A DNA stretch of 63,984 bases, counting the filler, from Dimargaris cristalligena (Eukaryota), in assembly GCA_003614675.1 (NCBI GenBank). It is 14 parts of 14 records of this genome, joined end to end, with 100 filler letters (N's around TTAATTAATTAA, not from the genome) between each part and the next. Parts side by side here need not be neighbours in the genome. Positions count along the whole stretch, not along the records: positions 50,623 to 55,107 come from ML003772.1; positions 55,208 to 59,689 come from ML003773.1; positions 59,790 to 63,984 come from ML003819.1; 11 more parts are not named here. One strand, given 5' to 3'. Position numbers and translations under genes: made by a program. The stretch's first letter is position 1; the number at the start of each line of letters is the position of its first letter. Shown here one piece after another: positions 50,623-62,252 of the stretch. A model generated the notes under the pieces. The model did no database searches, was not told the origin of the DNA, and worked only from the letters and a program-made list of their open reading frames with translations.

Positions 50623-51646
50623 TAGGGGAATAGCGCACATCGTTGACGAAGCCAGCATGATCCTGAATAGCGCGCTGGTATTTGTACGGCGCACCGTGGT
50701 AAAAGACCACTGTGCCATCGTCCGACGCCGTTGCGGCCCGGAAGGGACGTCCGCTGGGTCGCATCGTACAGGCATTGATGCCTTTGCTGTGGCCGGTTAC
50801 TTCACCGACCGAATTGCCCGTATCAAAGAGGAAAACATGTCCGTAACGGTCCTTGCCGTTTCCGACGGCCATGATACGCTTACTTTCGGAGTCCTAGGCG
50901 ATATCTTGGACCGGACCCGATATGACCGCCACTTCATTCTTGAGCAGATGCTCCTCCTGGGTGGCATCCCAGACCCGAACGGTACCATTCATATCTACCA
51001 GAGGAGTATTCGCAAGCAAACAAGAACAAACCAAAAAAACCCCTCATACGATGGATGGCGTAAGAATTAGAACTACCCCGACCGTAATTGGAGACCAAAT
51101 TCCAGCTCCGAATTTATCAATACTGGCTTCATTTAATCAGTGATTGTCATTTTGATTAGTAATTGTGATGTGGTGCTTACCTCCCGATGCCACATAGTAT
51201 CCGCTGGGCGAGAAACGGGCCATGGTGGTACGGCCACGATGGCCCAAGTACTCAGTAGCCAACTCCGGGCGGCCGAGTTGGCGCACAAAAATGGATTTCC
51301 CATTGGCATAGACAATATTATCGCCCTTGGGGTCGGCCGTTAAACGAACGGCCTGACCACGGGTCGTGGGTGGGTTAGGGGCCAAGAGAAACTCTAAGAG
51401 GGTCAATGGGGTGGGTAAGAATGGTATAGTAAGATGGAAGGAGGGTGTGTTTGGTTAAAATAAAGGCAATGGTCTTGCCTCTTTGCATGTATAGCAGGAA
51501 ATGTGTCCGCCATTGTCCCAGGTAAATCAGGAAGACCTGGCCCCCAAGTTCAAGGCCATTTTGATATGACGATTGCGAGTCGGCCATTTCGAGGTTCCGC
51601 ATGTTACATGGTGGGGGTGGCCAGACTTACTTTGAATAGCAGACAT
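50623..51646 (-). CDS. AIP1: Actin-interacting protein 1 / WDR1 (3' truncated; in-frame TAG at a conserved Trp)
   Basis: Exons 51646-51631, 51393-51181 and 50994 to scaffold end give MSAIQKFLLAPNPPTTRG...ARFSPSGYYVASGDMNGTVRVWD...ISGPVQDIA*DSESKRIMAVG...SVGEVTGHSK...RPFRAATASDD. Confidence 0.92.
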
Positions 51647-52570
51647 GGCAGGAACACAGTTTAGCGAATTCAAAATAGAGAAAGTGAAGATGAGAATAAT
51701 GGGGTAGTAATGAAGCAGCCGACAAGTATTTGGGGGGTTAGTTATTGAGCAACAAACAAGCCCACCCAAGGGAAGCCCTAGTTAACCTGACGACGACCTT
51801 CTGGGTATTATGCAAGTGGCGGGGGAAATACCGACATTGATGGTGATGAGAAGCTGGGGAATGTTGGGGTAGTGGTATATCACATATCCCACCAAATAGT
51901 ATAAACCAACCCTTCTTCCTTCTATGGCACAACATGCAGAAAATCATCCAGCGAACAACTCCAAAGGTGAGCGTGACCTAGCCATTTATTTCTAGCAGGC
52001 AGCAACATAAAGCCAGTCATACTATCTCGTCTGGAGGAGGGCATTGCTGCAGAGGACGACAGCGACCCTGGTACGTCACACTCTGGGTGCAACCAACACA
52101 TCCATTGCACGCTTCTACATACTGCACATTTAATTCAACCTATAACCTCTGGCGGTGGCCAAGCATGACTAGCCAAGGTCACACTGGTGCTTGGCAGTAA
52201 ATGCCGTTGGGCAGGGTAAATAGCAGGGGCTATAGTCTGATGTTTTATTGGCCAACTATACTCGCCGTAAAAATAGACACGGCTTATTAGTGTGTATTAC
52301 TGAAACCCGAACGGGGTCTTCATTGCCTTGAGTCGCTCTAATTCAAGACTTAAATTCATAAATAGGAACAACCACCACTGGTCTCAGCCAGGATTGAATA
52401 GAGCAGGTAAGCAAAGGGTGCGGGTGTGGAGTTTAAGACTGATAGGGCTCGAACCAGCCAGCTAATTAATTATCCACCATACAGCTGCACCGGGGGGCCC
52501 AACCTAAGTGTATGTAATATATAAATATAACAGCAATTACTCCCATAAAACTCAGCCAGTCCTTACATGA

Positions 52571-54783
52571 TTAGACCAGGTGTAGTAGACGTTGAGTGAC
52601 CATAGTCTCAATGGATTCAAGGTAGGCAGGTGAATTACTATCCCGCATATTACCCGCTGCCACGTCGAGGTCGTAAGTGGGACTAAAGTGGTAAAGGTCA
52701 TCGTAGTCCGGGATGTCAACATCCACGGGTAAACTCGACCCCGACGTTATAATGCTAGTTAGGTATGTATTACAGCGGGCCACATTGGGGTGGTTGTAGC
52801 CTCCTACGAAGCACCCAGTGCAAGCGAAACATAAAATAGTTTCCAATAGCCCAGTTATGATGAATAAATAGTACTATGTGATTTTATGAACATACACTAT
52901 CGCCACTATTGCTTGGGATCAGCTAACCCAACCGAGAAAGTACTAACATTATTAATTGTGATCTTACCTCCCCCTAGAAACAAGATAGGGACCGGGGTCT
53001 CCATTGCCAATCGGACGACAGCGCCTAAACCCCGGGGAGTCAGGTTCCATTCTTCATTGGGATCACCCGCCATTCCTACCGAGAGCAGCCGGTAAAGTAA
53101 GTAGCAAGAGTGAAAATGGAGACAAAATCAGTAATTATTTAAAAGTAAATTGAATTATCTCATTCACTGGTATTCGAAGCCAGGGGATTCAATACTGCAT
53201 ATAATTAGCAGGTTATAAGTACCAAAACTCAATAGCTAAGCAGCTAAAGAAATTCTCCAATAAAGCGAGCAGCAGGGTCGACCATTCTAATCATTACGGG
53301 ATACCATTTCAACTCTTACCACTGATACTTACCATCGCTACCGCACTGCAATACTATCACATTCGGTTTAAACACGCGGGTCACTTGCGCTAAAGTAGAT
53401 CGAAACACCCGCTCTAAGCTATCGTCGCCCAAACCATCCTGCAGGGGCACATTCAGACTAAAATATTTACCCCGACCTTTACCAACTGATTCACAAGCTC
53501 CGGTACCGGGGTAGAATCCCGCGGCATAGCGGTGGATCGATAGGGTAAACACCTTATCCGAATGACTAAAGGCCGCCTCTACCCCATCGCCGTGGTGGAC
53601 ATCCACGTCGATATATAGCACCTGGTCGAATTGGCGGCGCAGGGCGAGGATAGCCAGGACAATGTCGTTGACGTAGCAGAAGCCCGCGGCCTGGGATCGG
53701 CGACCGTGGTGACGACCGCCATCCCAGTGAATGGCGTAGCGGTACTGACCGTTGAGAAGGGCGAGAGCGGCCACCAGGCTGCCGCCGGCCACGAGCTGGA
53801 CGTAAGCCGCGAGGTCGGGAAATAAGGGACAGTCGTACTGGAGACCGTACTGGTCCAATCGCCGGGAAAAAACAGCCGCTGGGTCTGGGGAGTTCCGGTC
53901 GCCGGGACCTTGGCCATCGTCGCCAGAGTCCTCCTCACTCTCATTCGAAGAGGAATCGGTGACTGACGCCAGGGAGTCGAGTTCAGGGTCGCTAAATGCT
54001 GCATCACCGGAACTGCACTGTACTATTTGGCGCTGGCGCCTTTCGGCGTTCAACATAAAGTCTAAGGGAGAGATGGTGAGGGTGGGAGGTTACACCGCAT
54101 GGCACATAATCGGCATGCAACGTGGACGGCCAGGAAACGCGCGTGCATTAGTGTGTAGATAGTGGATCCGAAAGGGTCTAACATCCCTGTAGAGTAGTTG
54201 AAAGTTCAGTACAGTATACCCTTACCAATAAACTTTTGGTCGTGAAAACGAGTGAGTTCCTCGGGAGGGGCCAGCATGGGTTTAAGAACATCGACACTGG
54301 TATATCATATAATTGATCAAGTATAAGTACAAGGGTATCGTGCCGAATTTAGTAAACTCTGAACCTATATTGATCGGCCATCATACAATTGTACCCGGGG
54401 ATATATTGGAGATATGGGCATCTCCACGGGACAGGGTATCGCAGTGTAACAAACTGGCGTTGAAGTAAGGATGTCGCTAAAGTCTTACTTCGGGGGGTCC
54501 AAAAGGCCGAACGATTTAACTAGATTATGGACTAGACTAGACTGCCGATTGAATGAGGTATCATTGAATTGGCCCCAGTTGAAGGGTCGATGACAACGCG
54601 CAATAGGGGTAGCTTAGTTAGCTTGTAGTTGAAGAGGCGTGTGTTACCGGTCGCAGCAACGGGATAAGTGGAGTTAGTGTACTAGTTGGCACTGGGACTT
54701 ACCCGGCCCTGGTTAGCAGGAAGCGAGTCGGCAATGCGCGCATAGTCGGGGCTGTAAATGTATGCGACCTTGTGTTGTGCCAT
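52571..54783 (-). CDS. Class I histone deacetylase (HDAC8/Hos1-like)
   Basis: Six exons (54783-54703, 54541-54489, 54296-54226, 54061-53333, 53075-52968, 52803-52571). Motifs YDCPLF, GGRHH, GFCYVNDIVLAI, YIDVDVHHGDGVE, YPGTG, QCGSDGMAGDP, GGGGY. Confidence 0.92.
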
Positions 54784-55053
54784 TGGGATTGGGCGAATGG
54801 GTAGGGATGCCTTGGTGAAATGTGTCGACAAACTGAGTAATAAACCGGGAATGTGATAAACATAGGCCAACGAACTGCCGAGGGTTGAAGACAGAGTATA
54901 GAAGATAAAAGGAAAAGGAAGCCCGCCGAGAGAAATGGGTCAATTGAGCCGACGACTGGCATAGTCAGTTTGTAAGGCTCGTTTGGCTCATCCCTCTGTT
55001 CCCAGCCTATGAATGCTACGGCTTCGTATGTGCTCCACGCTGGTAGAAGTAAT

Positions 55054-55107
55054 ATATGGGTAAAATTCAAACCAGCTGTATAAGGTTTTACAATATACGT
55101 GTATGGG
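55054..55107 (+). mobile_element. 144-bp MITE copy truncated by scaffold end
   Basis: ATATGGGTAAAATTCAAACCAGCTGTATAAGGTTTTACAATATACGTGTATGGG. Confidence 0.8.
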
Positions 55108-55796
55108 NNNNNNNNNNNNNNNNNNNNNNNNNNNNNNNNNNNNNNNNNNNNTTAATTAATTAANNNNNNNNNNNNNNNNNNNNNNNNNNNNNNNNNNNNN
55201 NNNNNNNAAAAATAGTTTGGCCGGGATATGCTATTAGGGATTAAGCAGGCCCGGCCACAACACCCTCCGCGGAAATTATTTAGATAATTTATTTATAAGT
55301 GTAATTTGAAATTATTATGGCCATTAATCAAAGTATGTATAAATGGGAGTAGAGTATATATATATATATATGTGTGTGTATAAAAACCGAAGACACATTA
55401 GAAGGGATATTATATTATATGTCGGTAAAAAAATAACTGAAATACTAGTGCGACACAAAAAACAGTGGGGTAAATTAACAAGATAAATATAGGACTGATT
55501 GGTCTTTCTAGGTAATGTATATCCATATAGTTTACAATTTCCAAAGACATCATATACATGTATATATGTATATAATAAAACTGATATATAGGTGCCTTAA
55601 AGCAAAAAAGGTACCAATGCTACCAGAGAAAGAGAGAGAGAGGCTCCCAAGAGTAATGTCCATTAGAATAGTCGCAATCGAGCCTGTCCATATATGGAAT
55701 AAACGTGAACGTTAGAAAGGGAGACGAGAACTTGAACTTTCCAGTGTAATGGTTGGAGGTTTTTACCCATTCTGCCTTTCCTTATCCAGTCCCGAT

Positions 55797-57221
55797 TTAA
55801 CGGTGCAGAGTCTGTACCTTGGAAACAGAGTGAACGCTCTGGGTGTCTAAGTCCTCGCTCAAGTCAGCCTCGAGTTCCTTCTCGGATAAGCTAGCTTCCA
55901 TTGATCCATCGAGGTTCGGCTTGGCGGGGAAGACGCCTTCCCAACGAGCAATAACGACAGAAGCCAAACAGTTACCCAGCACATTGATGGACGTACGGGC
56001 CATATCCATAAAGGCATCCACGCCCATAATCACGGCAATCGTTTCCAATGGCAAACCGAACTGGTCCAACGCGGCGGACAGGACAATGAGCGAAGCGCGG
56101 GGAATGGCCGCCACCCCCTTACTGGTTAGAATCAACGTGAACATCATCAGGATTTGTTGGCCGAGGGGGAAGTCAACGTTACCGGCCTGGGCGGCGAACA
56201 CACCGGCCAGGGACAGGTACAGCGTAGTACCGTCGAGGTTGAAAGAGTAGCCGGCGGGTAGGACGAACGCGACAATGTTCTTCGGGACTCCCATGGCTTG
56301 CAAATTCTCCATGGCGATGGGCAGAGCCGCTTCGGACGACGCGGTGGTAAAAGCGAGTAGGAACGGACGGCCCACGGCGCGGATAAATGGCATCAGAGGG
56401 ACGCGGGCGAGCAGGGCAATGGGCAGCAGGATCACCAGGACAAACCCGACCAGGGCTCCGTACAGACAGCCCACCAATTTACCCAAGTTGATCAGGACCT
56501 CCAACCCGTTTTGGCCAATCGTAGCGGCCAAGGCCGCCCCAATCCCAATGGGCGCGTACATCATCACCAAAGCGGTCACGTCAAACATAATGGCGGCCAA
56601 ACTGTCGAGGAACGCTAGCATCGTTACACGGTGTTCGCGGGACTTGACCTTAATCAGCGCAACGGCAAAAACCAGTGAACAAAACACAATCTGTAGCACC
56701 TCATTATCAGCTGCGGCCTTGTAGAAACTGGTGGGCACAATTTTCTTGAGCTCCGCCTCCCACGACATGTCGTGCTTGCTCATTTTCTCGCCTTCGCTCT
56801 TGGAGACATTGTCCAGATTAATGCCCACCCCGGGCTTGAAAAGGTTCACAAACACCAAGCCAACCACCAAGGCTAGGGTGGTGACCACTTCGAAATAGAT
56901 GAAACTCTTGAGGGCCAACCGACCGACGGCCTTCAAATCATCACCATGACCCGCGATACCCACGACTAAGGTGGAGAAAATCAAAGGAGTAACGAGGCAT
57001 TTGACCATGGCAATAAAAATGTCCGCAAAGGGCTTCAGGCGCATGGCCACGGTGGGCGCGAATTTACCGAGGAGAATGCCGAAAATCACGGATACGACGA
57101 TCCAAAAAGTGAGGTTGGTTTTGCCGAGCCATTTGCCGAGAAGTCGGAACGGCCAGAGTAGACCGGTGGTGATTTTCTTGAGTACACTGGGTTTACGGTG
57201 GGTGCTGTGATCTAGGTCCAT
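55797..57221 (-). CDS. Dicarboxylate/amino acid:cation symporter (DAACS/SDF, GltP-like), 474 aa, intronless
   Basis: Motifs PLIFSTLVVGIA, YFEVVTTLAL, AFTTASSEAALP, AFVLPAGYSFNLDGT, LTSKGVAAIPRAS, GVDAFMDMARTSINVLGNCLA. Confidence 0.95.
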   Translation of the reverse strand: MDLDHSTHRKPSVLKKITTGLLWPFRLLGKWLGKTNLTFWIVVSVIFGILLGKFAPTVAMRLKPFADIFIAMVKCLVTPLIFSTLVVGIAGHGDDLKAVGRLALKSFIYFEVVTTLALVVGLVFVNLFKPGVGINLDNVSKSEGEKMSKHDMSWEAELKKIVPTSFYKAAADNEVLQIVFCSLVFAVALIKVKSREHRVTMLAFLDSLAAIMFDVTALVMMYAPIGIGAALAATIGQNGLEVLINLGKLVGCLYGALVGFVLVILLPIALLARVPLMPFIRAVGRPFLLAFTTASSEAALPIAMENLQAMGVPKNIVAFVLPAGYSFNLDGTTLYLSLAGVFAAQAGNVDFPLGQQILMMFTLILTSKGVAAIPRASLIVLSAALDQFGLPLETIAVIMGVDAFMDMARTSINVLGNCLASVVIARWEGVFPAKPNLDGSMEASLSEKELEADLSEDLDTQSVHSVSKVQTLHR

Positions 57222-58568
57222 TGAAGGGCCGGGTAGTTAGGGAAGATGTTTTTTTTAAAAAAAATAAATAAAGTGTGAAGGGGTGGGAGGGGGAGAAAAG
57301 GTGTGGAGGTACTAAATGAACCTTTTCGGGGTCGAAAATTAGTCCTAACAGGCGGTGAACCAGGAAAAAATATAGGAATATTAAGTGAACCAGAGCAAGT
57401 GTCTATGGACAGTGTATCCTAATGAATACCCTGCACTTTTATTAAGGATAGGGAAAAGTAATGGTTCATATACGAACACTATTAGGTACTAATAATAATA
57501 AATAGGATGTGAAATCAAATATGGTCTAACTAACGGATAGCTAGGGAAGGCCGAATGTACATATAGAATGGGGTAGTATACCAGGGGGAGGGAACAAGAC
57601 GCAATGGGTTCGGGCCGAATGCCTGATATTGCAATAACAACAATGGTGCACTTGTTGAAAGGGAGAAGCTAATGTGGGGTTAGTAAAGGGGCAGGCGATG
57701 GATGGGTATTTATAATTTTTGCGGCAGGGGAGAGAGAGAGAGGGACGCCACGTCCGCAAAAGTACAAGAAAAAAGTAATAGGTCCATAATAGTGCTGTAG
57801 CCGCCGTAATCTTAATAATCAAAGCCCCTTTCGTAGCATCCCTCCCTTCTCCTCCCTCTCCTCCACATGCCCAATTAAAATTTTATATTATTATTATTAT
57901 TATTATAATACTAATAATAATTCATTATTCAGGGGCGTAGCTCTCCTTGTGTAATGCATGCAATAGAGAGGCAAGTCACTTGGAATAGGTGGAGCAAAAT
58001 TGGGGGAAACGCTCCGCGACACGCTCTCCATCCTCTCCGCCTAAACCCTCTCTCGTTGAATAATCAGACGGAGGGGGAGTGGTGGCTCTTTTCTGGTCCC
58101 CAAAATGTGTGTATTTCCCTTGTTTCACCCAACCCCGCCTGTCTAATTACATTAATCACTATAGTGCTATCAGAGCCCAACGAGTGGAGGGGGGGGTCCT
58201 CTCATATGACCGCTGGCCAAGAAAATTTTATTCATGATATACCCTCCACTCGCATCAATGTTTCTCGCTGTTCTAATCGATTACATTAAGGTAACCTTGA
58301 CCCATTGCGCAGATCCAATCAGCAAGTTGGTCCAAGGACGGCTCTAAAAAGGAAGAAAAATGTGTACAACGTTCATTCACTCTGGGACTGTTGCCCCCAC
58401 ACTGCATCCCCCGTCACATTGGGTACAGCAGGTCCATTATTCACGAGGGGCCATACTATAGACGAAGGAAGGAGGGTGGGCGAAGGACGAGATATAGGGA
58501 AAGAGGGAGGGTCGAGTGGCAAAAGGGGCGTATTCGGTAGTTCAGTAGAAGGGCAGGGGATTGGGGCG

Positions 58569-58630
58569 GAGTAGAGTAGAGTAGAGTAGAGTAGAGTAGA
58601 GTAGAGTAGAATAGAATAGAGTGGAGTGGA
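58569..58630 (+). repeat. (GAGTA)n microsatellite
   Basis: About eight perfect GAGTA units followed by GAATA/GAGTG variants. Confidence 0.9.
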
Positions 58631-59789
58631 GGGTTGAGGCGGGGAGGCATAGGGCCCGCGGACTCAGTCAACTATCTTCTCTTTTGGTATGTGATTGAAT
58701 TCAAACCTGCTCTTCAAAAAGGCATTAGGTTCATGATATTCGCGGTCAGATCATTTTTAACTCCGCCAGGACTTAGTTGAATTATTGCCATTTGAAATAC
58801 GAGATAAAGGGGATGCCACGCGACCGACAGCAGTAGCCCTGAAGGTGGTTGGGATCGACGCGCTTATCTGTCTTGTAAATCCCAGCACAAACTCGGAAGA
58901 AGGCCTTGCTTAAGCAGCGGCGTGAGGAACTGGGCCAAGAAGAGCCGAGTCGCTTTCCTATCTATTGGACATTTCCTTGGTCTACATTGTCGCCTAGGAT
59001 GAGGCGTTAACGCGCTCAGCGACCTTCATCCGCAGGGTTGGTTAAGATAAGCTGCCGAGCACGGGGGGTGGTAAAGAGAGTTGAACTCAAGCTGAGTGTG
59101 TCGTCCATCGAGTATCCAGTCCACTTACCCCTCTCTTCCCTCCCCAAAGAAAAAATAATAATGCCTATTAAAATATCAGTGACTGTTGTGAAGGTAGGAC
59201 AGTTGTCAAGGACATTCCCACTGCCGTTTGGGGCGTCACTAGCCAGCCAGCCAGTCGTGCGCGTTGTGTAGCGTTAGGAAGTCCTATTATTGGGGGAAAC
59301 GGGGAGGTGGCATGCACCGTCGGCCTAAGGCCCATTGGTGCTGTTTATTTTTCACCCAATTTTATTATTATATATATATAGTATTTTATTAAATTGTCCT
59401 GTATTTTTTTTTGATTTGATTTGGCTTTACTAGGCATTGGCCCAGTATGGCTTGAAATCCGGGGTATCGTGCAACCACCTCGTCTCGCTCTTGATCCCTA
59501 TCTCCCCGTTTGGCACTTCCCTCGTCGCACCGAACATAGGCATGACAAGGACAGTTAGGAAATATGAACAAGGGAGCAAGGCAGAACAAAAGGACAGTCC
59601 GATCACCTGGTGGCCGTTATGGTAGTTGACATTTAACGGGAAGAAAATATGGATTTATAAACGGCTCTACACTAATCCTAAAGCAAATTNNNNNNNNNNN
59701 NNNNNNNNNNNNNNNNNNNNNNNNNNNNNNNNNTTAATTAATTAANNNNNNNNNNNNNNNNNNNNNNNNNNNNNNNNNNNNNNNNNNNN

Positions 59790-60146
59790 CGGGACTGGGC
59801 CCCCCGGTTCCGGCAAGTCGGTGTTCGTTACTTGATCAATGCCTACTGTCAGACTCACCAGTTGGATATGGCGGAAATAGCGACGAAGTTTAGTCTGAAC
59901 CAGTCGGTGTTTGATTGTACTATACTGGGGATATTCAGTGCCGCCGAAATCGAGCAGGCCGTCAAGTGGCTACACGAAGCACTTTCGACATCGCCGTCAT
60001 TAGCAGTATCACCAGCAGCGTTGCCAGCGGACCGGGAAGAGGATACAATGACGAAGGTGGCTGCTCTAAACGAAGCCACTCAGCATCTCCTCGAACTTTT
60101 CCGGCCATTCCAGAACTATTCGTGGGCGCCACCGCCCCCCGCGTAG
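59790..60146 (+). CDS. 3' fragment of an aldo-keto reductase (ARA2 / L-galactose dehydrogenase-like)
   Basis: Open frame from scaffold start: RDWAPRFRQVGVRYLINAYCQTHQLDMAEIATKFSL...TILGIFSAAEIEQAV...FRPFQNYSWAPPP. Confidence 0.65.
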   Translation, partial: RDWAPRFRQVGVRYLINAYCQTHQLDMAEIATKFSLNQSVFDCTILGIFSAAEIEQAVKWLHEALSTSPSLAVSPAALPADREEDTMTKVAALNEATQHLLELFRPFQNYSWAPPPPA

Positions 60147-60394
60147 GTTCGATGAAGGAAGGGTGTCCTTTGTGTTATTCGATAGTCAATCCCAGAGCTC
60201 ATACGCTATAAGGCCCAAAGCGACATCACCCATCTTAATTGTTCAGATTTAAATGGTGTAAATACTAAAGGTGTGTTAAAGAACCTGTATGAGGAAAAGA
60301 AAACGGTTTGAGTATGGTAGGCGGCCTCTAGGCGGTTGTTTCTATTGAATAGTGTAGTGGGTAGGGGGCATCCTAAGAGGTTAAAATGAGATGG

Positions 60395-60802
60395 TGTTGA
60401 TGCTGCGCTGCCGGGATCGCCTAATACTGAGCCAGATATCCAGACGACTGGACAGGCCACTACGGCACCCTATCACACCCTGGCCCCGGCACATCTCGAG
60501 GATACACTGGGGATACAAATGCAGATAGCCACGGCATAATGGCACTACATTAATCATAGGCAAGCCCTGCTCGAACATACCAGCGCATAGGTTCCAGGAC
60601 TCCAGCATGGCGAAGCACACCTCTGGATCAGAAAACCAGCGAGCCCAAACGACCAATTCAATTGATGCTAGCGGGCAACTAAAAGAGGTTCCAGTATATA
60701 AAGAACCGATTGGCGATCTCGGAGGTAGTTCCTTAGATGGCTACTCCTACTCACTTAAAAACACTATTATATTCCTTCACTCGTATACACTCAATATTAA
60801 CA
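60395..60802 (+). mobile_element. LTR-like family D, complete (408 bp), 4-bp TSD ATGG
   Basis: TGTTGATG...TATTAACA termini; ATGG at 60391-60394 and 60803-60806; internal TATATAAA; homolog at 7287. Confidence 0.75.
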
Positions 60803-60925
60803 ATGGCAAAGAATAACTAAATAAACCAACGTAATTGGTCAGACACAAAAGAAAATAATAGACCCATTGGGACATATTTTTCGACATTAAGGAGGACCCT
60901 CACATTTCCCTTGGTCATAGTTAGA

Positions 60926-61069
60926 ATATGGGAGTAATTCAACAAGGCTGTATAACAAAAAATCCATTTGATAAGGCAAATACTACTGGTTGAAAATAAA
61001 CATACCACCGATTTCCCCATACGCATAACAGTTAAAACCCTATACAACCGAGCTGAACTTCACCCATAT
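60926..61069 (-). mobile_element. 144-bp MITE, complete
   Basis: ATATGGGAGTAATTCAACAAGGCTGTATAAC...GAACTTCACCCATAT. Confidence 0.85.
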
Positions 61070-61102
61070 GTATAGAATTCGGACATACAGATGGTAGATG
61101 GA

Positions 61103-61245
61103 CATGCGAAAGACTTAGCTAGGCCGAATAACGGAAATTCCTATAGATAAGGCCAAATATTATATTTAGAAAATAAATTCTCGACAATTTTCATATATAT
61201 GTATCACTTACAACCTTATACAGCTGGGCCGGATTTCACCCACAT
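61103..61245 (-). mobile_element. Diverged 144-bp MITE copy
   Basis: Ends CCTTATACAGCTGGGCCGGATTTCACCCACAT; left part degenerate. Confidence 0.6.
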
Positions 61246-62252
61246 AAACATAGTTAAACGAAATAAAGGAGGAGAGGGGCGAGGAGAAGAGTAGCAAGAC
61301 ATCTATTCCGGCCGTTATACCGACCGTATATTCTATTGCGGATCCTTTGTTGTTTTGAAAAGGGTGGCTGTGAATATACCCTGATTACTTGGATCCCGAT
61401 TTCATGTATTGGATCCCCTGTCTCCCGCCTAAATATTTAAGCTGTAGAGAGAAAGAGGGGAGGAGGGTGAGATAGTGGGTAGATAGCGGGAAGCGAACAG
61501 GTTGGCCAGAAGACCAAGAAATTCGATAATCAGTGGCTATGTGGGCCCATCTCAAAAAAGCAGCATCGGAATAAAAGGGGTCCGGGTTTTGAAATCCACA
61601 GGTGAATCGGACCCATCCATAATTCATTATAAAGAGAAGAAGAGGATGCAAAATACCCTTTAGCTCTCTCCTAACTTGAACATAGACCGCATAGATAGGG
61701 CGGAAGGGGAGGGGGCATGTCTGTGTGCTTTCGGTGATTACTACTTGGGTCCATGGAACACTCGTAAATTTAGCCGAGATACCCTCAAGTATACATCCCA
61801 TCCTTCGCAATTGCCATATAAATGATTAACTCTCGCCACCCTTCTAATAAACCATCATCAAGTACATCTAGGTTCTCCCTTTTCTACCTAACTCGTCTAT
61901 CTCTTCCTGTCAAGTGTACCTTCATTCGGCATTCCCTCTTTTTCCACCTTTCTAATCCGATTAATATCTTCTCGCAATTGATAAGTGCTGCGCGTTTATT
62001 GATTGTTCGAGTTGATTTAATTTCGCCACTATCCGTCTCCGCTCACCGTTTTCTATCCAGCCATTACTTCGTTTTCTCCAATCTCTGGATTTTAATGCCT
62101 TTGTGAATCTACGATAATATCACAGACTCTTTCGCTCGCTTTTAGTTTCCATAATTCAACAGTTAAATTATCCCTATTTAACTGCTTTCAATTCCAACTC
62201 CTTTAAGCGACCGCCCTTCACTTCTCCCTCATTCTCACTCTCAATCACCATC

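Noticed and set aside
52400..52500. GGTTCGAGCCC B-box-like motif on the minus strand
   Set aside because: I could not fold a tRNA cloverleaf or find an A-box at suitable spacing.
4516..59789. TTAATTAATTAA recurring every ~4.6 kb, superficially array-like
   Set aside because: Artificial linker between size-sorted scaffolds; also invalidates any gene-cluster interpretation across scaffolds.
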